Origin: an uncultured Myxococcales bacterium
GTDB taxonomy: Bacteria > Myxococcota_A > Bradymonadia > UBA4248
Assembly (NCBI GenBank): GCA_945875805.1
Contig: CAMCLY010000002.1
Coordinates: 1-63,928 of the forward strand
Direction of reading: 5' to 3'
DNA length: 63,928 nucleotides
Below are positions 9,810 through 19,648 of this stretch, piece by piece. The notes under the pieces are model-generated. The model ran no database searches and was not told the DNA's origin. It worked only from the letters and a program-made list of their open reading frames with translations. The translations under genes and the position numbers were made by a program. Within the stretch, counting starts at the first letter, position 1. Every line of letters starts with the position of its first letter.

Positions 9810-10733
9810 ATGGTAAGGCAGAGTATGGAATCGAATGGAATAGAGCCGAGGACATTGTATATTGTGGCGACGCCGATTGGCAATCTCGGGGATATGACGG
9901 AGCGTGCGTTGTATGTGTTGTCGCATGTGGATTTGGTGTTGTGCGAGGACACGCGTCACAGCGGTCAGTTGCTGGAACATTTTGGGATACGCGGTCGGCT
10001 GTTGAGTTATTTTGCGCACAACGAGGCGCTGAGGACGGATCAGATTCTGCCGAAACTTCGTGAGGGAGGGAGTGCGGCGGTGATAACGGATGCGGGGACG
10101 CCGGGGATATCGGATCCGGGGGCCCGGCTTGTGGACGCGAGTATAGAGGCTGGGGTGCGCGTGTGTCCGGTGCCTGGGGCATCGGCGGTGGTGTCGGCAG
10201 TATCGGCGAGTGGATTTTATCGCGAGACGGGTTTTGAATTTGTCGCATTTTTTCCGCGCAAAACGTCGGAGCGTCAGGCGTTGTTCCGTCGATGCTGTGA
10301 TCGTCCGGTCTTGCTGGTGGGTTATGAGTCGCCGCAACGGATAGAGAGTCTTCTGGCGGATTTGGAGTCAGTGGTGGGGGCGGGGCGTCGCGTCTGCATG
10401 TGCCGGGAGCTGACGAAGAAGTTTGAGACGATTGTGCGCGATACGGTGGGGGGATTGCGGTTGAGGCTTCGCGAGACGCCGGCACGTGGGGAAATCTGCC
10501 TTGTGATAGAGGGAGCGGATGCGGTGCGCGATGCGGGGGAAGGGTTGAGCGTTGAGGCACGGAAACTGGCGGATATTCTTGTGTCGAGGGGGCTTGGTGC
10601 GCGGGATGTCCGCGACATTGTGTCGGAGGTGTATGGGTGCCGTCCGAGGCTTGTGTATCAGTATGTGCTGGAGTCAGCGCCGAAGGCCGTGTCTGGGGAG
10701 AAAAGTGAGCAGGGAGTTGGGGAAGATGCCTAA
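9810..10733 (+). CDS. rsmI: 16S rRNA (cytidine1402-2'-O)-methyltransferase
   Basis: TLYIVATPIGNLGDMTERALYVLSHVDLVLCEDTRHSGQLL and ITDAGTPGISDPG are typical of RsmI tetrapyrrole-methylase-fold enzymes. Confidence 0.9.
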   Translation: MVRQSMESNGIEPRTLYIVATPIGNLGDMTERALYVLSHVDLVLCEDTRHSGQLLEHFGIRGRLLSYFAHNEALRTDQILPKLREGGSAAVITDAGTPGISDPGARLVDASIEAGVRVCPVPGASAVVSAVSASGFYRETGFEFVAFFPRKTSERQALFRRCCDRPVLLVGYESPQRIESLLADLESVVGAGRRVCMCRELTKKFETIVRDTVGGLRLRLRETPARGEICLVIEGADAVRDAGEGLSVEARKLADILVSRGLGARDVRDIVSEVYGCRPRLVYQYVLESAPKAVSGEKSEQGVGEDA

Positions 10734-10813
10734 AATGTTTGCCTGAAATAGGGGGCAACCTTTATACTATTGTGCCATTTGATCACGATGGGGAGAGAGT
10801 CAGGGGAATATTT

Positions 10814-11329
10814 ATGAAGATTTACAAGGGACGCATTCCGGTGATTGCTTCGGAAATCGCGAAAAAGCTGATCGACAACGAAGCGGTGGAAGTGCTCGAT
10901 GAGGAAAAGAGCGAGTTTTTGCTCGATATCGAAGCGGTGTTGCGATCGTATGTGGACACGGAGCGTCAGATACATGAAGAAGCGCAGGATCTTTTGTCGC
11001 GGCGCAATGCGGATTTTTCGTCCCTTCCTCGATTCAAGCGCGAGATAGCCAAGAAATACAATTTTGCGTTGGGCGACGATGCGCTGGACTGGATTCTCGA
11101 CCAACTGATCGAGATGCTGTTTCACACGTCGCATGTCGAGGAAGTCTGGGCAGAGAATTGTGAAATTTGCCGTCTTGCCCGTGAGGTATTGATCAAAAAC
11201 ACGCAGGTTGACGATGAACTCGACGTTGAGGTTCGCAAAAAGATCAAAAATCTCAGCGAGGGGTCGGTGGCCTGGGATATCAAATATCAGCAGGTTCTCG
11301 AAGATTTGCGTCGTCGCAAGGGACTTTAG
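10814..11329 (+). CDS. DUF507-family protein
   Basis: 171 aa, MKIYKGRIPVIASEIAKKLIDNEAVEV..., an acidic helical protein resembling DUF507 as I remember it. The start is chosen at the ATG behind the upstream non-coding stretch. Confidence 0.65.
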   Translation: MKIYKGRIPVIASEIAKKLIDNEAVEVLDEEKSEFLLDIEAVLRSYVDTERQIHEEAQDLLSRRNADFSSLPRFKREIAKKYNFALGDDALDWILDQLIEMLFHTSHVEEVWAENCEICRLAREVLIKNTQVDDELDVEVRKKIKNLSEGSVAWDIKYQQVLEDLRRRKGL

Positions 11330-11356
11330 TGTCGCCACGATTCGGGAGTGCTGGGG

Positions 11357-13150
11357 ATGACAATGTATCGACCGAACGTCGGTGATGTTCTTTTAAAGAA
11401 GTATGAGATTCTTTCCCTTGTGGGCGAGGGCGCGTTTGGGTGTGTCTATCGGGCGTGTGACAGCAAGCTCAATCGCGACGTGGCGATTAAGTTTATCAAC
11501 TCCTCGGATCGCATTTTGACGCGATTTATGGATGAACTCGAGGCGATCAAAAAGCTCGATCATCCCAACATTGTGCGGTTGTATGATTACGACATCCTCA
11601 AAGGCGGGGTGCCGTGTATCGTGATGGAGTACGTCAACGGTCGTGAGCTTGGGGATGTGCTGACCAGCGTGGGTGCCTTTTCGTGTGCCGAGATTTGCGA
11701 CATAGCCCTGCAGGTTTTGGACGGCCTGGTTGAAACGCACAAACAGGGCATTGTGCATTGCGATCTGAAGCCGGAAAACATCATGCTTGTCGACGTGGGT
11801 GCGCGCAAAAATGTCGTGAAACTCATCGATTTTGGCGTAGCCTCGCTGCTCAACAAGGCATCCGAAAACGAGCGTTCGCGCATGCTGGTGGGGACGCCCC
11901 AGTACATGGCTCCGGAGCAGATTCTGCACAAACCTCTGGGACCGTGGACGGATATTTATGCGCTGGGCCTCATTCTCATTGAGCTTTTTACGGGGCATTT
12001 TGTTTTTGATCACGAAGATCCGCGCGAAGTGTTGCGCATGCAGCTCTATTCTCCCGTGGTGTTGCCGCACAAACTCGCCTGTACCGAAATCGGGCCGATC
12101 ATTTCTCGTGCGGTCGAAAAAGACGTGGCCAACCGCTATCAGTCGACCCAGGAGCTTTACGACGAGTTCAAGGAGGCATCTTCCATGATGCGCACGGTGG
12201 CGCGCCATCGCCCGCGAGTGGATAGCGTGCGGACTCGTGCCATGCCCTCTCTGTTTAATGACATCGACGATTTTTTGTCTTCCAGCGCTCAGAAAATGGA
12301 GCGCAAAGCCTCGTCGTCCCGTCCCAACATTCCGCGCTCCGTGCACTCCCGGGAGTTCAGCGTGGAGGATCTGAATCTTGGTGCTCTCCAGAGTTCCCTG
12401 GATGTGATGAGCGTGGCATCGTTGGCGAAGGAGGACGCGCCGCGTCTCGTTCAGCATTCCGCAGACGTTCCCCTTCTTGCGCCGGCCTCTGTGCCGGAGC
12501 TTGAGCCCGCTGTCGAGCCGTCCGATCTGGATTCCAATGAAAAGCTGAAACGCATCGAACGCGCGTCCGTGTTGGCATCCGCCTCCAATAAACGCGTGAC
12601 GTCCATCGATTCCAATCTCGATGCCGTCACGAAAGTCAGCGGTCGCCGTCGTGCAAACGGCCAACGCAAGGTCAGTCACCGCAACCGCAATCTGGCGATG
12701 TTGGCGATTTTCGTGCTTCTTTTGATCGGTGTGTTTGGCTATGCCTACTCCTCAGGTCTTCTTGAGGCATGGGGTCTTTTTGCCAAACCTGCGCTCGAAG
12801 TCGTAGAGGAAGCCCCTGCACCTCCCAGCGTTTCCCGCGATTTTGTCAAATATTCCATTATTCGCGAAACGGCGACAAAAATGTCCTACCTCGCCTTTAT
12901 GTCTGGTTTTATCGGGGGCGAAATCCGGTCCGGCGATATCAAGACATACCGCGTCATTGGGACGCCCACGGATGCCGAAATCCATCTCAACGGGGATCTC
13001 GTTTGCAAGAGCACCCCATGTTCCGTGCATCTGTTTGGTTTGCCCGAGGGCAACGTGCTGGATATTCGCAAAAATGGCCATGACGTTCCCTTTACCATGC
13101 CTTCCAACCAGTCCTCCGACAATCCGATTATTCTCGTTTGGCATCCGTGA
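11357..13150 (+). CDS. Hanks-type Ser/Thr protein kinase with TM segment and C-terminal PEGA-like domain
   Basis: GEGAFGCVYRA, VAIK, HCDLKPENIM, DFG and GTPQYMAPE motifs. A hydrophobic NLAMLAIFVLLLIGVFGYAY segment. C-terminal YRVIGTPTDAEIHLNGDLVCKSTPCSVHL. The start could also be 11348 or 11363. Confidence 0.9.
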   Translation: MTMYRPNVGDVLLKKYEILSLVGEGAFGCVYRACDSKLNRDVAIKFINSSDRILTRFMDELEAIKKLDHPNIVRLYDYDILKGGVPCIVMEYVNGRELGDVLTSVGAFSCAEICDIALQVLDGLVETHKQGIVHCDLKPENIMLVDVGARKNVVKLIDFGVASLLNKASENERSRMLVGTPQYMAPEQILHKPLGPWTDIYALGLILIELFTGHFVFDHEDPREVLRMQLYSPVVLPHKLACTEIGPIISRAVEKDVANRYQSTQELYDEFKEASSMMRTVARHRPRVDSVRTRAMPSLFNDIDDFLSSSAQKMERKASSSRPNIPRSVHSREFSVEDLNLGALQSSLDVMSVASLAKEDAPRLVQHSADVPLLAPASVPELEPAVEPSDLDSNEKLKRIERASVLASASNKRVTSIDSNLDAVTKVSGRRRANGQRKVSHRNRNLAMLAIFVLLLIGVFGYAYSSGLLEAWGLFAKPALEVVEEAPAPPSVSRDFVKYSIIRETATKMSYLAFMSGFIGGEIRSGDIKTYRVIGTPTDAEIHLNGDLVCKSTPCSVHLFGLPEGNVLDIRKNGHDVPFTMPSNQSSDNPIILVWHP

Positions 13151-13176
13151 TTTGGCGGGAGTTTTTGTTTTTTTTT

Positions 13177-13239
13177 GGGGGGGGGAAGTGTCCCCCCAAC
13201 GCGGCTATTTCGGCGATGCCTCAATACGCCGCGCCCCCC
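13177..13239. repeat. GTAG-hairpin family copy
   Basis: gggggggggaagtgtcccccc-aac-gcggctat-ttcggcgatgcctca-atacgccgcg-cccccc. Confidence 0.75.
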
Positions 13240-13406
13240 TCTGTCTGGGTTGACGCATGGTTTCATCCCATTCGTCGAGGTGGGTGTCAGGCAGAGCTGA
13301 AGGTTTGGCGGAATGGGATGTTCTGTCTGTTTTGACCCATGCTTTTGTTGTAGGGCTTTGGTTTCGATGGGGTTTAGGCGGTTCCACGTTGGCGTGGTGC
13401 TTCCGA

Positions 13407-14093
13407 TTACCGGACGGGTTTTTTTCCGAGTTCGGCCATGGCCTTGCTTGAGAAACCGAAGCCGATGGAGACGACGTGCCAGCTGTGGGGATCGACCTGG
13501 TGGAAGGTGTATTCGAGTCGGATGTGGAGTTGCGAGACATCGAACCCGATTCCGCCCCGGAGTCTGAGTTCCCATGCCCAGTTAAACGGGACGAATGGGG
13601 TGGTTTTTCGGCTTCCGCCCCAGAAAGACCAGCTGGGTTCAGCCATCAAGTAGACGTAGAGTCCTGGCATGGGGTCGATCCACAATCCGATGAGGAGTGG
13701 GAGTCCGAGTCCAGGTGAGACGTCGTCTTTTTTGGAGGCGTCGTCGATGCTCTGGTAGGCGTCGGTCATGAGTCCTGTGGCGAGGAACAGGACGAGGTAA
13801 TCGGTGCCGAGTCCGACGCCGAGTTTTGCGCCGGCAGAGTACTGGACGATTTCGCCTTCGAGTCCGATGCCGAGGGAGAGGTAGAGCTCTGCAAAACGTC
13901 CGACGAGGGTTCCCGGGACGCGGTCAACGGCCATGGCGCGTGCGTGAATGCCGAGGACGTTTCGTTCGCCCATGCTCCGATGGTAGTCGATGCCGAAATC
14001 GAGCGCGCCGGAGGGTTTGTCCTGAGCGATGGCGGTGGAAGCCGTCATGGCCGTTAGGGCAAGGGTCATGGCCAAGACGAGTCGGCGGATCAT
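13407..14093 (-). CDS. Putative outer-membrane beta-barrel protein
   Basis: Signal peptide MIRRLVLAMTLALTAMTASTAIAQ, with alternating hydrophobic/Gly-rich strands throughout. Its start overlaps the stop of the upstream lipoprotein gene (ATGA). Confidence 0.55.
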   Translation of the reverse strand: MIRRLVLAMTLALTAMTASTAIAQDKPSGALDFGIDYHRSMGERNVLGIHARAMAVDRVPGTLVGRFAELYLSLGIGLEGEIVQYSAGAKLGVGLGTDYLVLFLATGLMTDAYQSIDDASKKDDVSPGLGLPLLIGLWIDPMPGLYVYLMAEPSWSFWGGSRKTTPFVPFNWAWELRLRGGIGFDVSQLHIRLEYTFHQVDPHSWHVVSIGFGFSSKAMAELGKKPVR

Positions 14094-14440
14094 GGTGTTT
14101 TCTCCGTGGCGGTGATGGATTCTCGCAACGTGGTAGAAAAATGCATCTGTTCGAGGAGGGGTTTGATTTCAGGGGTGTATCCGCATTGGGCGAGGATTTC
14201 TCGGATGGCGTGTTTGCATGGGAGGCATGCCGTGGAGGATTGGCAGACTTTGTTGTCGCGGATGGATTTGGCGTTTTTCAGTCGCGTATTGATTCGTTGA
14301 GCCATGTCGTCGCACTGTGAGGAGGTCTGGACGTCTTGGTCCATTCCCAGGCAGAATTCGGCCATGATGTCGGCCTGAGACTGACATGCCGTGAAGAGCG
14401 CAAAGAGGGAGACTCGTAAGAGGGTGCGAGGCAGGTTCAT
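14090..14440 (-). CDS. Small Cys-rich lipoprotein
   Basis: 116 aa with lipobox LFALFTAC and six further Cys residues. It overlaps the downstream barrel gene by 4 nt. Confidence 0.55.
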   Translation of the reverse strand: MNLPRTLLRVSLFALFTACQSQADIMAEFCLGMDQDVQTSSQCDDMAQRINTRLKNAKSIRDNKVCQSSTACLPCKHAIREILAQCGYTPEIKPLLEQMHFSTTLRESITATEKTP

Positions 14441-14457
14441 GGGGTGTCACAAAGGGT

Positions 14458-14533
14458 GGCGGCGCGTATGTGCCGTAGGCGCATAGCGCCGCGCGCATGG
14501 CGTATCCGCCTTTGGCGGATAGCCTGCGCCGCG
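14458..14533. repeat. Two tandem hairpin modules of the repeat family
   Basis: gcgtatgtgcc-gtag-gcgcatagcgc and gcgtatccgcc-tttg-ggcggatagcc. Confidence 0.75.
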
Positions 14534-14554
14534 GAGGAATATGATGGAACAGGG

Positions 14555-16489
14555 TTACTGGAATTTGGCGAGGGCGTCGTCGAGTTCGGCCTGAGCGAGC
14601 ATCCAATTTTCGAGGGTATCGTCGAGTAATTTTTGCGTGGCGGCTTTTGATGTGGTGAGTTCACGAATTTTCGCGCTGTCTTTGTAGGTTTCGGGGATGG
14701 CGAGTTGGGCGTCGATGTCGTGTATTTTGTTTTCGAGGTTGGCGGTCTCGGCCTCGAGTTTTTTGACGCGTTCGTCGAGATGTTTAGTGGCTTTTCGGAT
14801 GGCGTCACGTTGCTGGGCGGATTCTATACGTTTTCTTTTTTTTGAATTGATATTATCGGGGAGTGGATTTTTTTCCTGTTTGGGAATTTGCAGGGCTTGT
14901 CTTGTGGCGATGAAGTCTTCATGTTCGGAGTATGTCCCATCGAAGATATCAATGTTTCCGTGTTCGATAGATGCGATTTTATTACAAACTTTATCGACGA
15001 ACCATCGGTCATGCGAAATGACGACGAGTGTGCCTGGGTAATCGATGAGGGCTTGTTCGAGGGCTTCTCTGGAATCGAGGTCGAGGTGGTTTGTGGGTTC
15101 GTCGAGCAACAATAGATTGGGCGCACGGAGGAGGATTTTTGCGAGGGCGAGTTTATTTTTTTCTCCGCCGGAGAGGATGGAAACGGGTTTGTCGATATCT
15201 TCGTTTGTGAATAGAAAGGCGCCGAGCGCGGCGCGCAACATGGTCATGGTGACGTTTTGGGGGAGGTCGGCGGCGGCTTCTTGTAATAAAGTTTTAGAAA
15301 AGTCGAGCGCGTCGATTTGATGTTGTGCGAAGTGTGCGAGATGGACGCGATCGGAGACGAGTCGTTCGCCTTCAAAGGGAATGATGTTGGCGAGAATTTT
15401 GATGAGAGTGGATTTTCCGGCACCGTTGGGTGCGACGAGGGCGAGTTTGTCTCCTCGATAGATACGAAAGTCGAGGTTTTTATATACGATGTTGTCGTCG
15501 TAAGCTTTGGAAACGTGGCGCAGTTCGAGGAGGATTTGTGGGGGTCGTTCCGGTTCTGGAAAGTGGAAATGCAGTTTTTTTCGCGTTTGCAGTAATTGGA
15601 CGGTGTCGAGTTTTTCGAGTTGTTTGACGCGGCTTTGGACTTGTTTTGCCTTTGTAGCTTTATATCTAAATCGTTCTATAAAAGCCTGTTTTTCTGCGAT
15701 GAGTTGTTTTTGTTGTGCGGCGGTTTTTTCGAGCTGTGCTTCGAGTTCTTCTCGACATTGGAGGTAGTGATCGTAGTTCCCCGGGAACATGAGGAGGCCG
15801 TTGTCGTCGAGGGCGGCGACGCCGTCGACGACGTGGTTGAGGAAGGCGCGGTCGTGGCTGACGATGAGCAGGACGCCTGGATATCCGGCCAGAAAGGATT
15901 CGAGCCAGGCGAGGGATTCGATGTCGAGATGGTTGGTGGGTTCGTCGAGCAACAGAAGATCGGGTTTGGAGAGGAATAGGCGTGCCAGGAGGATGCGCAT
16001 CTGCCAACCGCCCGAAAACTCGGAGGTGATTTTTTTGAGTTCGTCCTGTTTGAAGCCCAAAGAGGCCATGATCGATTGTGCCTGTGCGCGCAGACTGTAT
16101 CCACCTGCCGTTTCGTACGCGTGCTGTTTTTCGCCCAGAAGGGCGATATTTTGTGCATTTGGGTGGCGATCGACGTCTTCTTGTAGCCGGTCGATTTCGG
16201 CTTCGAGATCGAGAATGTCCTGCTTACCGGATAGCACAAGGTCGATGGCAGGTTTTTCGTCGAGAAGGGTAATTTCCTGGGGCAGGTATCCGACCGTCAT
16301 TGTTTTTGGAATGATGACCGAGCCGGCATCGGCTTCGAGTTGCCCCGCGATAATTCTGAGAATGGTCGATTTTCCGGCACCATTGTGACCGACAAGCGCG
16401 GTACGTTGAAATCGATCGATCTGCCACGTAATGTCTTCAAATAACTTTTGAGGACCAAAATACTTCGTAAGTCCGGAAACCTGTATCAT
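14555..16489 (-). CDS. ABC-F family ATPase (Uup/YheS-like translation factor type)
   Basis: Two ABC cassettes (GHNGAGKST and APNGAGKST Walker A, FSGGWQMR and LSGGEKNK signatures, LLLLDEPTNHLD twice) with no TM domain. It also has an inter-domain linker and a C-terminal coiled-coil tail. Confidence 0.93.
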   Translation of the reverse strand: MIQVSGLTKYFGPQKLFEDITWQIDRFQRTALVGHNGAGKSTILRIIAGQLEADAGSVIIPKTMTVGYLPQEITLLDEKPAIDLVLSGKQDILDLEAEIDRLQEDVDRHPNAQNIALLGEKQHAYETAGGYSLRAQAQSIMASLGFKQDELKKITSEFSGGWQMRILLARLFLSKPDLLLLDEPTNHLDIESLAWLESFLAGYPGVLLIVSHDRAFLNHVVDGVAALDDNGLLMFPGNYDHYLQCREELEAQLEKTAAQQKQLIAEKQAFIERFRYKATKAKQVQSRVKQLEKLDTVQLLQTRKKLHFHFPEPERPPQILLELRHVSKAYDDNIVYKNLDFRIYRGDKLALVAPNGAGKSTLIKILANIIPFEGERLVSDRVHLAHFAQHQIDALDFSKTLLQEAAADLPQNVTMTMLRAALGAFLFTNEDIDKPVSILSGGEKNKLALAKILLRAPNLLLLDEPTNHLDLDSREALEQALIDYPGTLVVISHDRWFVDKVCNKIASIEHGNIDIFDGTYSEHEDFIATRQALQIPKQEKNPLPDNINSKKRKRIESAQQRDAIRKATKHLDERVKKLEAETANLENKIHDIDAQLAIPETYKDSAKIRELTTSKAATQKLLDDTLENWMLAQAELDDALAKFQ

Positions 16490-16620
16490 GACACCCTGTC
16501 AACTATGCTCGCACTCCATTCCAAATGCGCCCATTCGGGCGCGCCTCTTTTAGTTGGAATCCCATTAAAGTCAAGACACGGTGGTTTGTGCGGGGGGGAC
16601 GAAGTCCCCCCACGCCCCCC

Positions 16621-16669
16621 GAAATGCGAAAAGGGAACATGGCTACGCCATGTTCCCTTTTCGCATTTC
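16621..16669. repeat. Perfect 22-bp inverted repeat (5-nt loop)
   Basis: gaaatgcgaaaagggaacatgg-ctacg-ccatgttcccttttcgcatttc. Confidence 0.9.
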
Positions 16670-16700
16670 ATGAGGTGGTGAGGCTTGGTGTGTCGTGTGT

Positions 16701-16854
16701 GGCTAGGGCCTTTTGTGTGTGGCTAGGGCCTTTTGTGTGTGGCTGAGCCTTTTGTGTGTGGCTGAGCCTTTTGTGTTTGGTAGGGCCTTTTGTGTGTGGC
16801 TGGGCCTTTTGTGTTTGGTAGGGCTTTTTGTGTGTGGCTGAGCTTTTTGTTTTT
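16701..16854. repeat. Tandem array of eight 19-20 bp units (GGCTRRGGCCTTTTGTGTGT-like)
   Basis: Units start at 16701, 16721, 16741, 16760, 16779, 16798, 16817 and 16836. They are head to tail with no spacers and degenerate toward the 3' end. Confidence 0.9.
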
Positions 16855-16891
16855 GGATTTTTATCTTCCTACTTACGGTAAATCCCTAAGA

Positions 16892-16962
16892 GGGGGTAGC
16901 GGCGTATGCGCGCAAGACCGAAGGTCTGAGCACATAGCCGCGTAGGGGGAGGCTTCCCCCCC
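16892..16962. repeat. GTAG-hairpin family copy (same ends as 1669-1837)
   Basis: gggggtagcggcgtatgcgcgca-agacc-gaa-ggtct-gagcacatagccgcgtagggggaggcttccccccc. Confidence 0.85.
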
Positions 16963-16982
16963 GCAACACAAAGCCTCATCCA

Positions 16983-19562
16983 TTAGAGAGAAAACGTCAT
17001 GTGATCGTCGACCCAGTCGGCGTGGATGGTGACATTTTCCTCAAGAGGCGTGGCGAGCATGAATTTGGCGAGGGGATTTTCGAGGTCACGCTGTATGGCG
17101 CGTTTGAGGGGACGCGCGCCGTATGCGATGTCGCAACCGGCCGTGGCGAGTGCCTTGAGGGCGTTGGGGGTGAGGTCGAGTTGAACTTTACGATCGACGA
17201 GTCGGGATTGGAGACGGGCAAGTTGGATTTTGAGGATTTGTCCGATCTGGTCTGGGGAGAGGGGATCGAAGGTGATGATTTCGTCGATGCGGTTTAGGAA
17301 TTCGGGTTTGAACAAGCCACGGAGTCTTTCTTGGACGCGCGATTTGCGTTGTTCCGTGGTGAGTTCGGTTTGTTGCATGATGTCGCTGCCGACGTTGCTC
17401 GTCATGATGATGACGGTATTTTTGAAATCGACGGTTCGTCCTTTTGAATCGGTGAGGCGTCCGTCGTCGAGGATTTGGAGGAGCATGTTGAAGACGTCTG
17501 GGTGTGCCTTTTCGATTTCGTCGAAGAGGACGACGGAGTAGGGTTTACGTCTGACGGCTTCGGTGAGCTGTCCGCCTTCTTCGTACCCAACGTATCCTGG
17601 AGGCGAACCGACGAGTCGGCTGACGCTGTGTTTTTCCATGTACTCGCTCATGTCGAGTCGGATGATGGATTGTTCGTCATTGAAGAGGAGGTCGGCGAGG
17701 GCGCGAGCGAGTTCGGTTTTTCCGACGCCGGTGGGGCCGAGGAAGATGAAGCTGCCGATGGGGCGTTGCGGGTCTTGGAGTCCGGCTCTGGATCGTCGCA
17801 CGGCGTCGGAGACGCTTTTTACGGCTTCGTCCTGTCCGACGACGCGTTCGTGGAGTTTGGCTTCGAGTTCGAGGAGTTTTTCCTGTTCATTGGCGAGCAT
17901 TTTACTGACGGGGATGCCGGTCCATTTGGCGACGACGGCCGCGATGTCTTCGGCGCGTACCTCTTCGCGTAGGAAAGTTTCGTTTCCGTGGGATTCGGCG
18001 TAGGCCTTGAGTTCGTCCTGGAGAGAGGCAATTTTCTTTTCGACTTCAGGGATTTTTCCGTAGCGGAGTTCGGCGGTTTTGTTGAGGTCTCCCTGACGCT
18101 GAGTGGTTTCGACTTCGGTGCGGAGGGCATCGCGTTGAGCGCGGTATTCCTTGAGTTCCTGCATCATGTCGCGTTCATGTTTCCATGCGGATTTCATGGC
18201 TGAGGATTTTTCGCGCAAGTTTGCGATATCGGCTTCGGTCTGAGCGAGTCTTGTCTTGGAGGCGTCGTCAGTTTCTTTGAGGAGTGCTTGTCGTTGGATT
18301 TCGAGTTCGATGAGGTCGCGTTCGACTTTGTCGATGGGTTGTGGGAGGCTTTCAAACTCCATTTTGAGTTTTGCGGCGGCTTCGTCGACGAGGTCGATGG
18401 CTTTGTCGGGGAGGAATCTGTCGGCGATGTAGCGCTTGCTGAGGTTGACGGCGGCGATGATGGCGGCGTCAGTGATGTGGATGCCGTGATGGGTTTCGTA
18501 TCGTTCTTTGATGCCTCGGAGGATGGTGATGGCGTCTTGTACGGAGGGTTCGTCGACCATGACGGGCTGGAATCGACGTTCGAGTGCGGCATCTTTTTCG
18601 ATGATTCTGTATTCTTTGAGGGTGGTGGCGCCGACACATCTCAACTCACCGCGCGCGAGCGCGGGTTTGAGCATGTTACCGGCATCCATGGCGCCCTCGC
18701 CGCCGCCGGCGTGGACGAGGGTATGGAGTTCGTCGATGAAGAGGATGATTTGTCCTTCGCTGGCGGCGATTTCCTGTAGGACGCTTTTGAGACGTTCTTC
18801 AAATTCGCCACGGTATTTGGCGCCGGCGACGAGGAGTCCGAGGTCGAGTGCGAGGACGCGTTTGTTTTTGAGGGATTCTGGGACGTCTCCGGCGGCGATG
18901 CGTTGTGCGATGCCTTCGGCGATGGCGGTTTTTCCGACGCCAGGTTCCCCGATGAGGACGGGATTATTTTTTGTTTTTCGAGAGAGGACTTGCAGGGTTC
19001 GTCGGATTTCTTCGTTGCGTCCGATGATGGGGTCGATTTTTCCTTTTCGCGCATCATCGGTGAGGTCGCGGGTGTACTGTTTGAGTGCCTCGAAGGTGGA
19101 TTCCGGGTTTTCGCTGGTGACGCGCTGGTTTCCGCGGACATCGGCGAGAGCGTGCAGGAGGTCGTCGTATTTGACGCCGAGCTGGGTGAGCACGTCGTGT
19201 GCTTTGGAGGCTTCACGGGCCATGGCGAGGATAAAATGTTCGGTGGAGACATAATCGTCGCGCATGGTCTGTGCGATATCTTGTGAGGCGTTGAGGACGT
19301 CGTTGAGTTCTCTTGACATGGCCTCGTTTGCGCCGCGCACGACGGGGAGGCGTGCGAGCGCGTCCTGAGTGGTCTGTGTGGCCTGTGTGGGTTTGATTCC
19401 GATGCGTTCGAGCAGGGAATTGACGACGGACCCCTGTCCCTGGTCGAGGAGGGCCTTGAGCAGGTGGAGGGAGGTGCATTCGGCGTGGTGCAACGACTGA
19501 TAAATGTGTTGCATGGACTCGATGGCTTCGCGTGATTTGATGGTCAGATTGTCAAATCTCAT
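16983..19562 (-). CDS. clpB: ATP-dependent chaperone/disaggregase ClpB
   Basis: 859 aa with an N-domain, two AAA+ modules ([10 protein letters not shown] and [11 protein letters not shown] Walker A) and a long coiled-coil middle domain. Confidence 0.98.
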   Translation of the reverse strand: MRFDNLTIKSREAIESMQHIYQSLHHAECTSLHLLKALLDQGQGSVVNSLLERIGIKPTQATQTTQDALARLPVVRGANEAMSRELNDVLNASQDIAQTMRDDYVSTEHFILAMAREASKAHDVLTQLGVKYDDLLHALADVRGNQRVTSENPESTFEALKQYTRDLTDDARKGKIDPIIGRNEEIRRTLQVLSRKTKNNPVLIGEPGVGKTAIAEGIAQRIAAGDVPESLKNKRVLALDLGLLVAGAKYRGEFEERLKSVLQEIAASEGQIILFIDELHTLVHAGGGEGAMDAGNMLKPALARGELRCVGATTLKEYRIIEKDAALERRFQPVMVDEPSVQDAITILRGIKERYETHHGIHITDAAIIAAVNLSKRYIADRFLPDKAIDLVDEAAAKLKMEFESLPQPIDKVERDLIELEIQRQALLKETDDASKTRLAQTEADIANLREKSSAMKSAWKHERDMMQELKEYRAQRDALRTEVETTQRQGDLNKTAELRYGKIPEVEKKIASLQDELKAYAESHGNETFLREEVRAEDIAAVVAKWTGIPVSKMLANEQEKLLELEAKLHERVVGQDEAVKSVSDAVRRSRAGLQDPQRPIGSFIFLGPTGVGKTELARALADLLFNDEQSIIRLDMSEYMEKHSVSRLVGSPPGYVGYEEGGQLTEAVRRKPYSVVLFDEIEKAHPDVFNMLLQILDDGRLTDSKGRTVDFKNTVIIMTSNVGSDIMQQTELTTEQRKSRVQERLRGLFKPEFLNRIDEIITFDPLSPDQIGQILKIQLARLQSRLVDRKVQLDLTPNALKALATAGCDIAYGARPLKRAIQRDLENPLAKFMLATPLEENVTIHADWVDDHMTFSL

Positions 19563-19622
19563 AAATCCTCCTGTGATTGGATATGATATATAGTTTAGAT
19601 AGCAACATTATATATATGATTT

Positions 19623-19648
19623 GGATGGGGCGGAGTCTGTCTTTCAAG
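19623..19648 (-). promoter_or_regulatory. Candidate sigma32-type heat-shock promoter of clpB
   Basis: The minus strand reads CTTGAAA-gacagactccg-CCCCATCC about 60 nt upstream of the clpB ATG. This resembles the CTTGAAA/CCCCATnT consensus. Confidence 0.4.

Noticed and set aside
16701-16854. CRISPR array
   Set aside because: The repeats are directly adjacent 19-20 bp units with no unique spacers, and there are no cas genes in the window. It is a simple tandem repeat.
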